DNA of 20,132 bases from Synechococcus sp. Its GTDB lineage: Bacteria > Cyanobacteriota > Cyanobacteriia > Thermostichales > PCC-7336. Both the position numbers and the translations under genes were made by a program. Location: NCBI GenBank assembly GCA_051439425.1, contig JBFRWD010000028.1, positions 1 through 20,132 of the forward strand, in the 5' to 3' direction. The notes beneath the pieces are model-generated. The model had not been told where the DNA came from. It saw nothing but the letters and a program-made list of their open reading frames with translations, and did not search any database. This document shows positions 1 to 8,207 of the stretch, piece after piece; position 1 is the stretch's first letter; each line of letters opens with the position of its first letter.

Positions 1-53
1 TATAAACAGAATCCAATTTTGTAAAGCTCATTGCCTCAGTCTAGATCCTGCTT

Positions 54-66
54 TGCGTAAGCCCTG
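54..66. mobile_element. Possible terminal inverted repeat of an IS lying left of the window
   Basis: TGCGTAAGCCCTG resembles the TGCGTAAGTCCTG-type ends I recall from cyanobacterial IS elements. It sits exactly where similarity of the minus-strand IS5 fragment stops. Confidence 0.4.
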
Positions 67-420
67 AGTTTCTCTTTCGATTCGTCCACCACCACCACAG
101 CTCCAATACGCTCGGAAGCATTCGCTTCTGTCACTAACATCCCAATCAACAGCCCCTGGGAATCGACGACGATATGGCGCTTACGCCCTTTAACTTTCTT
201 GCCACCATCAAAGCCATAGACCTCTCCCTTTTTTCAGTGGGTTTCACTGACTGAGAATCTACAATCACAGCCTGTGACTCACTGGAGTGACCGGATTGGA
301 CCCTCACATGCTCTCGCAGGTGTTCGTGAATTTGTTGCCAGACTCCTTGTCGTTGCCACTTGCGAAAGTACTTATACACCGTCTCGTGAGGCGGCAAATC
401 GTGAGGCATCATTTCCCATT
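67..420 (-). pseudogene. IS5-family transposase internal fragment, frameshifted and truncated at both ends
   Basis: Minus strand reads WEMMPHDLPPHETVYKYFRKWQRQGVW...IVDSQSVKPTEK. After a -1 shift at GAAAAAAGGG (about 226-235) it continues GEVYGFDGGKKVKGRKRHIVVDSQGLLIGMLVTEANASER, typical IS5 DDE motifs. There is no native N- or C-terminus. Confidence 0.88.
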
Positions 421-859
421 CTCTTTGCAAATTAGCTCTAAGAAGCGACGATTGTGGGGACATTGGCTGTATCTGGCAGCATTGAAACTGGATGATGGCT
501 CTCTTCTGGTCATTGCGACCCAGACAGCGCCTCAATCTGCTATCACTGATTACGCTCAACGCTGGGGCATTGAGACTCTCTTTGGCAGGTTGAAAACTTG
601 TGGCTTTCGGATGGAAGATAGTCACCTGCGCGATTGTGAGCACTTGAGCAAGCTCTTTGCTTTACTCGCTCTGGCTTTGGTTTAGGCTATCCATATTGGT
701 TGGCTACATGAGATTAAACCCATCGCCATCAAGAATCATGGCAGAAGGGCACGCAGTATCTTCCGCTATGGACTCGAGCACTTACGCTCGGTCATTCTCG
801 ACTTGCAGGATAAAACATCACGCTTCCTACATCCTCTTGAGTTTTTGTCCTGTACTTAG
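421..859 (+). pseudogene. IS4-family transposase C-terminal fragment with premature stop
   Basis: It carries YAQRWGIETLFGRLK (YREK-type motif). An in-frame TAG lies at 683-685, and the same frame continues KPIAIKNHGRRARSIFRYGLEHLR...FLSCT to TAG at 857-859. The 5' half is missing. Confidence 0.85.
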
Positions 860-1153
860 GTGAAAGCCAGTTCATACAGTAATTAGAAGAAAAAGGGCAG
901 AGAAACATAGGAGGCTAGAGCTAACCCAGCCAAACCTCAAAAGCATTTCAAGTTCTACCCCCCTCTACAATCATTAGGTGGATTCAGACATGATTGTCGT
1001 TGAGGCTCGGCTTACACTCGCTTTCGGACAACACCAGCCAAACCTTAATTCTCTTAAAAGCTTTAGTGGGCAAGACATTGGGGAATTAGTGGCAAGTGCG
1101 ATCGCGTCGACTAGGATAGGTACTGCACTGTTCGCGAAACGCTTCTCCAATCC

Positions 1154-2020
1154 ATGACATCTGCCATCCTCAACCCCGTCATTCCATCCACAGACGACAC
1201 CTTGGTCATTGGCGGTCGCACCTTCCGATCTCGGCTGATGGTGGGAACCGGTAAGTACCGTGACATGAGCGATATGCAGAAGGCTGTAGCAGCCAGTGGC
1301 ACCGAAATCGTGACCGTAGCCATTCGTCGCGTCCAAATCCAAGCAGCAGGCCATGTCGGTTTGATGGAAGCTCTGGACTGGTCGAAATACTGGCTGCTTC
1401 CTAACACCGCCGGCTGCAAAACCGCAGAAGAGGCCGTACGGGTGGCCCGTCTGGGACGAGAAATGGCCCAGAACGTCGTCGGCCAGACTGATAATAATTT
1501 TGTCAAACTAGAAGTCATACCCGACGCCAAATACCTACTTCCCGACCCCATCGGTACATTTGAAGCCGCCAAACAGCTCGTGTCGGAAGGGTTCACCGTC
1601 CTCCCCTACATCAATGCCGATCCGCAACTGGCCTTGCGCCTGCAAGAAATCGGTTGCGCCACCGTTATGCCGCTGGCTTCCCCCATTGGTTCTGGGCAAG
1701 GTATCAAGTGTCGGGAACAAATCCGCATCATCATCGAGCAAGCTACTGTCCCCGTGGTCGTGGACGCCGGGATTGGGGTGCCGTCCGAAGCTTCTGCGGC
1801 AATGGAGATGGGAGCAGATGCCCTGCTGATTAACACGGCGATCGCCCAAGCCCGCGATCCCGAAGCCATGGGACGGGCCATGGGCCATGCTGCTGAAGCT
1901 GGTCGTACGGCATATTTAGCTGGTCGCATCCCGGTCAAAGCCTACGCCAGCGCTAGTTCCCCCACCACCGGATTGGTTGCCAGTCCTGCCGATCCCGAGC
2001 AACCGATCGCCAGCTCGTAA
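1154..2020 (+). CDS. thiG: Thiazole synthase
   Basis: [43 protein letters not shown] and VVVDAGIG motifs. Stand-alone gene, not fused to ThiO. Confidence 0.97.
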   Translation: MTSAILNPVIPSTDDTLVIGGRTFRSRLMVGTGKYRDMSDMQKAVAASGTEIVTVAIRRVQIQAAGHVGLMEALDWSKYWLLPNTAGCKTAEEAVRVARLGREMAQNVVGQTDNNFVKLEVIPDAKYLLPDPIGTFEAAKQLVSEGFTVLPYINADPQLALRLQEIGCATVMPLASPIGSGQGIKCREQIRIIIEQATVPVVVDAGIGVPSEASAAMEMGADALLINTAIAQARDPEAMGRAMGHAAEAGRTAYLAGRIPVKAYASASSPTTGLVASPADPEQPIASS

Positions 2021-2052
2021 GCTGCGTGCGAACGCCCCTTAACGAACGAAAA

Positions 2053-3285
2053 TTACAACCTTTCAGTCTCGACTGAGCTCAGTTCCCAGCTGGTCACTTC
2101 CACTGGGGCAAAGTTCAGTCGAATATCGTCATCGGCCCCACTGGTTGGGTAGGTCGTTATTCCTGGCAAGGGTTGATAGGACACCAAGCCATTTAGCCCA
2201 AACACTAGGCTCTTGAGACTTTCCAGAAATTCTAGATCGCCAGTCAGCGTTTCTAGGTCAGTGGTAATTTTCTCTGTATTCTCGAAAGTAACGCGGGCGG
2301 AATCCAACGCTGTGCGCATGTTGAGGATGACATCCGGATCGTTCAGAGTGGCTGTTACCTCTTTTAAATCGTTGGTTGCCGCCGCCGCATTCGCAGAAAT
2401 AGCTGTCAAATCCTGAACAAACGTTTCGTCTGTCAAGAGTGGTTTTAAAGCTGTTGAAATCTCGCTGGCATCCTCTGAAAATGTTTCCAAATTGGTCAAT
2501 ACTGCCGTCAGCGAAGCCTGATTGTTAGCCAGCACTCCATTCAAGTTATTCGCTGCATCCCGAATAGCCGCCGCCGCTCCCGAAATTGCTTCAACATCTA
2601 AATCCTGCCGAATCGAATCAGACAGGACTGTAACGCTATCGGCAACATCCGTCACGCTGGTGGCGACTGAATTCAAATTGTCTGAGAAACCACCATCGTC
2701 AAAACTAGAAATTAAGCTATCAATCCGTTGCACGAGCTGAGCGTAGCTAACGCCGACATCCCCCAGCACCTCAGCGTTATGGCACACGATGATGTCTGAA
2801 TTACAAGCTTCATCCAGTGGTCCAGCCAAAGTCTCAGTATCAAGAGGGGGGGACTCGACAGGCTGTTCGGATACTGCAGGCTGTTCGGATACTGCAGGCT
2901 GTTCGGATGCTGTCGAGTCGGGGCCATCACTATCCCCTTCATCCTGAGGAATGATATCCAACGTCGTTTGGCCAATTAAGCCAGTTTGAGCTGATACAAA
3001 CTCGGAGTTGGCCGGAATCAAGATGCTATTGCTATCAATTGTCACATCCACCTCAACTGCATCGAGCTGGGTGACGATACCTTCTACTCGCCCCACTTCC
3101 ACCCCACGTAGCCGCACGGCAGCACCATTCAGAAGCCCACCAGCATCTTCAAATTTGACCGTAAACCGATAACCCTGCTCCCCCACCTGAAAATTAAAAA
3201 TCCAAAAGAACAGCCCCGAGAACCCGACGATCCCACCCAATATCAGCAATCCCAGGCTTCCTTCCCGCAACAGTCGCGATTGCAT
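2053..3285 (-). CDS. mlaD: MlaD/MCE-family substrate-binding protein (Ycf22/TGD2-like)
   Basis: N-terminal REGSLGL plus a TM helix, MCE domain (FEDAGGL..GAAVRLRGVEVGRV; QTGLIGQT) and a long helical C-terminus. It lies downstream of an MlaF-type ATPase. Confidence 0.88.
   Translation of the reverse strand: MQSRLLREGSLGLLILGGIVGFSGLFFWIFNFQVGEQGYRFTVKFEDAGGLLNGAAVRLRGVEVGRVEGIVTQLDAVEVDVTIDSNSILIPANSEFVSAQTGLIGQTTLDIIPQDEGDSDGPDSTASEQPAVSEQPAVSEQPVESPPLDTETLAGPLDEACNSDIIVCHNAEVLGDVGVSYAQLVQRIDSLISSFDDGGFSDNLNSVATSVTDVADSVTVLSDSIRQDLDVEAISGAAAAIRDAANNLNGVLANNQASLTAVLTNLETFSEDASEISTALKPLLTDETFVQDLTAISANAAAATNDLKEVTATLNDPDVILNMRTALDSARVTFENTEKITTDLETLTGDLEFLESLKSLVFGLNGLVSYQPLPGITTYPTSGADDDIRLNFAPVEVTSWELSSVETERL
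2859..2912. repeat. 3 x 18-bp in-frame tandem repeat in mlaD
   Basis: CAGGCTGTTCGGATACTG at 2859 and 2877, and with one mismatch at 2895. It encodes SEQPAV-SEQPAV-SEQPV. Confidence 0.97.
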
Positions 3286-3302
3286 GTCCTCTCCTGATGA
3301 TT

Positions 3303-3380
3303 GAGTCGAATGTGTCGAGTGTGAATGTTCTGAGGGTGAATGGGCCTGAGGGTGAATGCGGGAATTAATGCAGGGACTAA
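3303..3380. repeat. Degenerate 13-16 bp tandem repeat between mlaF and mlaD
   Basis: Recurring GAG..GAATG units, with exact CTGAGGGTGAATG at 3330-3342 and 3346-3358. Confidence 0.7.
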
Positions 3381-3404
3381 TACCGAAACTGGCTCAGTGT
3401 CCCA

Positions 3405-4235
3405 TCAATCCCCCAACACCTGAATAGGTCCCTTTAGATCGCCATTCATAAATTGCCGCACGTAGGGGTTATCGGATGTTTCCAGCTCTGATGCCAGCCC
3501 ATCCCAGCACACCTTGCCACCGTCCAGCAACACAATGCGATCGGCCGTGCGACGAATGGTGCTGTCTTGGTGGGTGACGATGACGTAAGTATTGCAAATC
3601 TTTTTCTGCAAATCTCGAATCAAGTCTTCAATCACGGTAGAAGCAATTGGATCGAGGCCAGCCGTTGGCTCGTCGTACAGCAAGATCGACGGATCGTCAT
3701 CGGGGTCATCGGGGTCTTCCATAATGGCGCGGGCAAAACTCACTCGCTTGCGCATCCCCCCCGACAGTTGGGCGGGATAGCGCTCGCCAATCCCCTGCAA
3801 TCCAACGGCTTCCAATCGTTCGTTAACTAGCTCCCGAACGCGCGATCGCGGCAACTTGGAATGCTGATACAGCAAAAATCCGACATTTTCATCGACTGTC
3901 AACGAGTCAAATAAGGCGGAATTCTGAAACACCATGCCCAGGTGCTGGGGCACTGAATCTACCAGTTCTGCTAACTGAGGCGGATGTCCCTGCCACTGAA
4001 TGGTGCCTTCATCCGCTTGCAACAGCCCTGCAATAATTCTCAAGATAGTTGACTTCCCCGTTCCGGACGGCCCCACAATAGCCAGTGCCTGACAGGGATA
4101 CACATCCAGATCGAGGTTATCCAGCACCTTGCGATCGCCAAATCGCTTCACGATTCCCCGCAACGACACAATGGGTTCCGGTTTGGACTCAGCCTCTGAA
4201 TTAGAGTTGGCTGCAGTTGAAGACGATGCTGTCAT
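3405..4235 (-). CDS. mlaF: MlaF/TGD3-like ABC transporter ATP-binding protein
   Basis: Walker A GPSGTGKST, FQNSALFDSL, signature LSGGMRKRV, Walker B LLYDEPTAGLDP and VTH. ATG at 4235 preferred over TTG at 4241. Confidence 0.9.
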   Translation of the reverse strand: MTASSSTAANSNSEAESKPEPIVSLRGIVKRFGDRKVLDNLDLDVYPCQALAIVGPSGTGKSTILRIIAGLLQADEGTIQWQGHPPQLAELVDSVPQHLGMVFQNSALFDSLTVDENVGFLLYQHSKLPRSRVRELVNERLEAVGLQGIGERYPAQLSGGMRKRVSFARAIMEDPDDPDDDPSILLYDEPTAGLDPIASTVIEDLIRDLQKKICNTYVIVTHQDSTIRRTADRIVLLDGGKVCWDGLASELETSDNPYVRQFMNGDLKGPIQVLGD

Positions 4236-4309
4236 TGCCAATATCGAGATACGGCGTAATTGTATTCAAGATTAGAGGGAGGAGAGAGGTTTCTGTTCAG
4301 TGCTGTAGA

Positions 4310-4374
4310 TTTGTCCTTTGTCCTTAGTGCAAACCAATGACTAATGACCAATGACCAATGACCGGTAACCAATC
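4310..4374. repeat. STRR2-like heptamer tandem repeats in two opposed blocks
   Basis: TTTGTCC TTTGTCC TTAGTGC (4310-4330), then ACCAATG ACTAATG ACCAATG ACCAATG ACCGGTA ACCAATC (4333-4374). TGACCAA is the reverse complement of the STRR2 unit TTGGTCA. Confidence 0.8.
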
Positions 4375-4392
4375 CCCATCCCTTATGATGAA

Positions 4393-4791
4393 TTGCAATG
4401 TTTCTTTACAGCAGGCACACATTTGGAATTCTCCATTCCCGTATGGCTATCCCCTTGGCTTAGGCCAGCCACTCTAACCGGGATATTGTTTTGGACGCTG
4501 GGGTTTTACCTAATTTGCGGCAGTTGGGTGAACCGTTGGATCGATCGCGCTGCCAATCGCATTCCCGAGGCGATCGCGTCACTGGCCAGTACCTTGCCGT
4601 TCTTGGCAGTGGGAGCTATCAGCGAAGTGGTTTGGGAAACGTTCACTACTCCCAGTTGGGCCATCTCCTACTCGATTTTGACTTGCGCGGGATTGGGGGT
4701 GTTTCGGCTCGGGCAATTGGATAATGAAGCCTACGAGCAAAAGCTGAAAGAACAGGCTGAAGAGAAGCGCAAGCAACGCCAATCCGATTGA
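4393..4791 (+). CDS. Hypothetical membrane protein, probably conserved in cyanobacteria; start uncertain (TTG 4393 or 4423)
   Basis: About three hydrophobic segments (GILFWTLGFYL, ASTLPFLAVG, SWAISYSILTCAGLGVFRLG) and a charged tail. A TATGAT -10-like box lies at 4384-4389. Confidence 0.75.
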   Translation: MQCFFTAGTHLEFSIPVWLSPWLRPATLTGILFWTLGFYLICGSWVNRWIDRAANRIPEAIASLASTLPFLAVGAISEVVWETFTTPSWAISYSILTCAGLGVFRLGQLDNEAYEQKLKEQAEEKRKQRQSD

Positions 4792-4849
4792 GGATTTTTA
4801 CCGAAATCTATTGATATGAAAGATAGTCGTTTCCAATCCAACAAAAGAA

Positions 4850-5197
4850 GTGAGACTGCGAAAGCACGAGCTAGGCATTGACTTCCCTTACGACAGAAAA
4901 ACTGCAGAAGTTGCGCAGCAAGGGCAAGAAGACGAAAGACTTCGTATGGACTCAATCCTCTTTGATGCACTTGATGCGTTGGCTCTTAGACGAGCATTGA
5001 TGCATTTTCCCAACTTAAGGGAGCAACTGAAGCTGAATGCTCTTCTGGAACCAGATTTGGCTAATGACTTCATTAAGGCATTGCACAAAGCTAAACAAAA
5101 TGAACCCCCTTCATCACGTACGAGGAAGTTCGATCGGGCCATCTCAAAATGTCAGCAGTGGCGGAAAAAAGGGCTGCCCATTTTTGTCGATATTTGA
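4850..5197 (+). CDS. Hypothetical protein, no recognised family
   Basis: 115-codon ORF that fills the gap before the convergent speA stop. Natural-looking helical, charged composition in AT-richer DNA. Confidence 0.5.
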   Translation: MRLRKHELGIDFPYDRKTAEVAQQGQEDERLRMDSILFDALDALALRRALMHFPNLREQLKLNALLEPDLANDFIKALHKAKQNEPPSSRTRKFDRAISKCQQWRKKGLPIFVDI

Positions 5198-5227
5198 CGA
5201 GAGTAGAGTCTGCATTTTTTACTGGGC

Positions 5228-7186
5228 TTATCCCGCCGAACGCAAATACGTTGTTGCCTGTAAATGCGCACGGAACCCATCAACAATCTCTTCCGCGGTT
5301 GAAGCTGAAATTGTCCCTTTAGCCAGCGCTAAGTCTGCCAAGCCTCTCACATGCTGGCTGGCATGTTCAGCATTGAAATGGACGTACCCCAACACATCCG
5401 AAAGGCGATCGCCCAATTCGATCCGATTGACTCGATATCCTTTGGCTTCGCTGTCATCCCAACGAATGTGCGCCACATCCGTATCGCCAAATAGATTGTG
5501 CAAATCCCCCAGAATTTCCTGGTAAGCCCCCGTCAAAAACACCCCAATCCAATAGGCGTCTCTGCTCGTTTCGTTGTCAAAAGAGTGCAACCGTAGCACG
5601 GAAGAGATATGGCCATCAGCACCAACAAAGCGATCCAAATGTCCATCGCTATCGCAGGTCAGATCTACCAAGGTGGCTGACACCGTTGGCTGTTCGTCCA
5701 GTCGGTGAATGGGCATTACTGGAAAAATCTGATCGATCGCCCAGCTATCCGGCAACGACTGAAACACTGAGAAATTGCCGTAATACATCGTCGCCATTAA
5801 CGGCTCCAATTCCCGCAAGCCAATCGCCTCCGGATTCTCCGGTTCCAGCTCCTGAACCCGCTTCCATAGCTGTTGGCAGCAATTCCAGTACAGTTTTTCC
5901 ACTAGCGAGCGATCGCCCAAACTCAGCTCCCCTCGCGAAAACTGCTGTAGGGCTGCCTGTTTCAGATCTCCAACCTGACGAAAATCAGCTAGCAGAGAGT
6001 CGCTGGGGATGCGATCGCGCAACCCAGCCACCTGCCGAACAATTTCAGCCGCATTGGGTTCTACATCCACCTGCTCGGCACCCACAGCATGAGTACCCAA
6101 TACGTCAAAAATCAGCACCGACTGGTGAGATACTGTCGCTCGCCCGCTCTCGCTCATCAGCATGGGAGGAGCAACCCCCTGACTGCAGCAGACCTGCTGC
6201 ACGGTACTGACAATCGTGCTGGCGTAGTCGTTCAGGTCATATTCACAGGAACTGTGAACTGAGGAGTGCGAACCGTCGTAATCCACACTCAATCCTCCCC
6301 CCACATCCAAATAGCTCATGGGAGCCCCTGCCTGGGCCAACCGCACAAAAATCTGCGCTGCTTCACGCACCGCTCTGGCATGAGTCTCGACCGTCGCCAC
6401 CTGAGAGCCAATGTGATAGTGCAACAGTTGTAAACAATCGAGTAAATCCCGCTGGCGTAAGCACTCCACTACCTGCAAAATCGCTGCCGTACCCAGCCCA
6501 AACTTGGCCCGCACCCCAACCGATTGGCTCCAACGACCGCTACTGCGCTCCCACAATTTGGCCCGCACTCCCAGCAGAGGGCGCACCTGTATCTCGTCAG
6601 CAACGTTCAAGACGATCGCCAACTCGCGCGGATTTTCTAGGACAATAATGACTCGATGACCGAGCTGTTGAGCCATCAGCGCCAGCTGGATATAGTTCCG
6701 ATCCTTATACCCGTTACAGACAATCTCCCCTTGACCCGGTTGCAGAGTTGACAGGGCGATCGCCAACTCGGGCTTCGATCCCGCTTCCAGCCCAAAGTTG
6801 TAACGTTCCCCAAACTCCGCCACTGTCTCCACAATGTGGCGCTGCTGATTGACTTTGACGGGATACACCGCTCGATACGGCTGGGGATAATCGCAAGCAG
6901 AGCTCGCTGCTTGAAAAGCCTCAAATAGTTGGCGCTGGCGATCGGCCACAATGTCATCGAAATGCACCAGCAATGGCAGTTGCAGTCCCTGCGCTTGCAA
7001 ATTGCGAACCAGCTCTGGCAAGTCTAGAGGATGGCTGGATTGCTGCGGCACTTTAACCTCAACATGGCCCTTCTGGTTGATGTGAAAATATGGATTCCCC
7101 CATCCCCCAAGGTTATAGAGGGCTTGGCTGTCATCAATACCCCATGTGGACTGAGTTGTAACAGTTGTAGAGGCACGATTCCCCAT
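5228..7186 (-). CDS. speA: Biosynthetic arginine decarboxylase
   Basis: WGNPYF, YPVKVNQ (PLP lysine), GLEAGSKPEL, CNGYKD, HIGSQ, DVGGGL, SESGRA, NFSVFQSLPDSWAIDQIFP, DLTCDSDG and GAYQEILG. AGGA SD upstream of ATG 7186. Confidence 0.97.
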   Translation of the reverse strand: MGNRASTTVTTQSTWGIDDSQALYNLGGWGNPYFHINQKGHVEVKVPQQSSHPLDLPELVRNLQAQGLQLPLLVHFDDIVADRQRQLFEAFQAASSACDYPQPYRAVYPVKVNQQRHIVETVAEFGERYNFGLEAGSKPELAIALSTLQPGQGEIVCNGYKDRNYIQLALMAQQLGHRVIIVLENPRELAIVLNVADEIQVRPLLGVRAKLWERSSGRWSQSVGVRAKFGLGTAAILQVVECLRQRDLLDCLQLLHYHIGSQVATVETHARAVREAAQIFVRLAQAGAPMSYLDVGGGLSVDYDGSHSSVHSSCEYDLNDYASTIVSTVQQVCCSQGVAPPMLMSESGRATVSHQSVLIFDVLGTHAVGAEQVDVEPNAAEIVRQVAGLRDRIPSDSLLADFRQVGDLKQAALQQFSRGELSLGDRSLVEKLYWNCCQQLWKRVQELEPENPEAIGLRELEPLMATMYYGNFSVFQSLPDSWAIDQIFPVMPIHRLDEQPTVSATLVDLTCDSDGHLDRFVGADGHISSVLRLHSFDNETSRDAYWIGVFLTGAYQEILGDLHNLFGDTDVAHIRWDDSEAKGYRVNRIELGDRLSDVLGYVHFNAEHASQHVRGLADLALAKGTISASTAEEIVDGFRAHLQATTYLRSAG

Positions 7187-7221
7187 CAAAAATCATTCCT
7201 ATCGAGAGCGAGCATGTTTTC

Positions 7222-7253
7222 ACAAAGAAAGCGCGCACTAGTAGCGCACTTTT
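7222..7253 (-). terminator. Terminator-like hairpin upstream of speA
   Basis: Minus strand AAAGTGCGC-TACTAGT-GCGCGCTTT-CTTTG: 9-bp stem with one G-U pair and an interrupted U tract. Confidence 0.45.
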
Positions 7254-7458
7254 CATCGAGCCAGCCAGCACAGCCCTGACTAAAGAGAGGTCTCCAAAGA
7301 GGCAAGCGACAAGGCTACATGGAGTCGGAGTGGAAATCTGGAACTATTTCTCCTCACTGATTTTGGGGGTATGGGTTCGCGATCGCAAGCACTTGGGCGA
7401 CGTGAAACGGTATGGGCAGAATGCAATGCAGCAAACTGAGCACCGCGCCAATGCCAAT

Positions 7459-7483
7459 AAAAAAGGCAACCCTGTGGCTGCCT
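7459..7483 (-). terminator. Intrinsic terminator downstream of the lapA-like gene
   Basis: Minus strand AGGCAGCC-ACAG-GGTTGCCT-TTTTT. Confidence 0.8.
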
Positions 7484-7628
7484 ATCCCAATCATTCTCGG
7501 TAGATCTTGCAAAAAGTGCGGGATTTATGAGCAAGTTTCCGGTAGTAGTTGCCCGAAGTCCTGAAGTTTGCCGATACAGATCTCTGCAGCGATTCCTCGG
7601 TGTATCGGGTTACCGGCTCGAATTACAA

Positions 7629-8042
7629 CTAAGCCATCATCCGTTCGACAGCATTCTGCTCGACTTCTTGATTGATCTCCTCTTGAGTTTTTGCCTCAAT
7701 CGTTTCGCTGCTGGGCTCGGCTCGCTTGCTAGGGGGTAATGCTGCAACGGTGGATTCCAATTCCACAACCATGTTGCTCAGTTCGGAGATCCGGTTGTCA
7801 CGCTCTTCAATTTTGTCATTTTGCTTGCGAAACTCCATGACAAACTGAGCTTTGCTCCACATACTGAACACCCAGGCAACCGTTGCCCCCAAGCCGGTCG
7901 CCAGTAGTAACTCCACCACTAACGGAGCTTCAAATGACATCCCTGGCGCGACGTTGACCGTTACCGCTTGAGAATTCTGCATCGCAAACAAGGAAATTCC
8001 CAGACAAACTGCGAAAATTGTTACGAAGTTAAACTGGCGCAT
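7629..8042 (-). CDS. LapA-family (lipopolysaccharide assembly protein A domain) membrane protein
   Basis: MRQFNFVTIF...FAMQNSQAVTV...APLVVELLLATGLGA, two TM helices then a coiled coil. GAGG SD favours ATG 8042 (or 8045) over the longer ORF. Confidence 0.8.
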   Translation of the reverse strand: MRQFNFVTIFAVCLGISLFAMQNSQAVTVNVAPGMSFEAPLVVELLLATGLGATVAWVFSMWSKAQFVMEFRKQNDKIEERDNRISELSNMVVELESTVAALPPSKRAEPSSETIEAKTQEEINQEVEQNAVERMMA

Positions 8043-8207
8043 CATTACCTCAATTCTGTTCCAATCGAGTTCACGCCTCCAGTGTAGGAGCGTGTTTCCC
8101 AAGAGGTCGGGAACGATCGCTTAAATTTTCATAACCCGCAAGCATTCCCGGTGAAGGCTACCGTTTCCATCTGACCTCCCTTCCGATTTCAAGTGGGTAA
8201 GGACGAC

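Noticed and set aside
146..643. 165-aa minus ORF and 132-aa plus ORF (287-685) as intact genes
   Set aside because: Each is a chimera of one IS fragment and the antisense of the other.
657..863. 68-aa ORF
   Set aside because: It is an off-frame shadow of the IS4 C-terminus, whose real frame continues after the TAG at 683-685.
860..1153. TPP riboswitch upstream of thiG
   Set aside because: The conserved CTGAGA and CTGAT...AATGCCAGCG...GGA elements are not visible.
3696..3716. 9-bp duplication in mlaF encoding PDD-PDD
   Set aside because: Small duplication in a variable loop, with no further implication.
2053..4235. Absence of mlaE next to mlaF-mlaD
   Set aside because: To my knowledge the permease is commonly encoded elsewhere in cyanobacteria, so this is not unusual.
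2859..4374. Repeats in the mla region as a CRISPR array
   Set aside because: The units are short and directly adjacent, without unique spacers, and no cas genes are present.
5686..6210. 174-aa ORF antisense to speA, and similar shadow ORFs over thiG, the ndh genes, the RTX gene and dctP
   Set aside because: They overlap well-supported genes, show low-complexity Pro/Ser/Arg composition and have no recognisable motifs.
7280..7534. 84-aa minus ORF as a speA leader gene
   Set aside because: It crosses a clear intrinsic terminator and has no SD or recognisable features.
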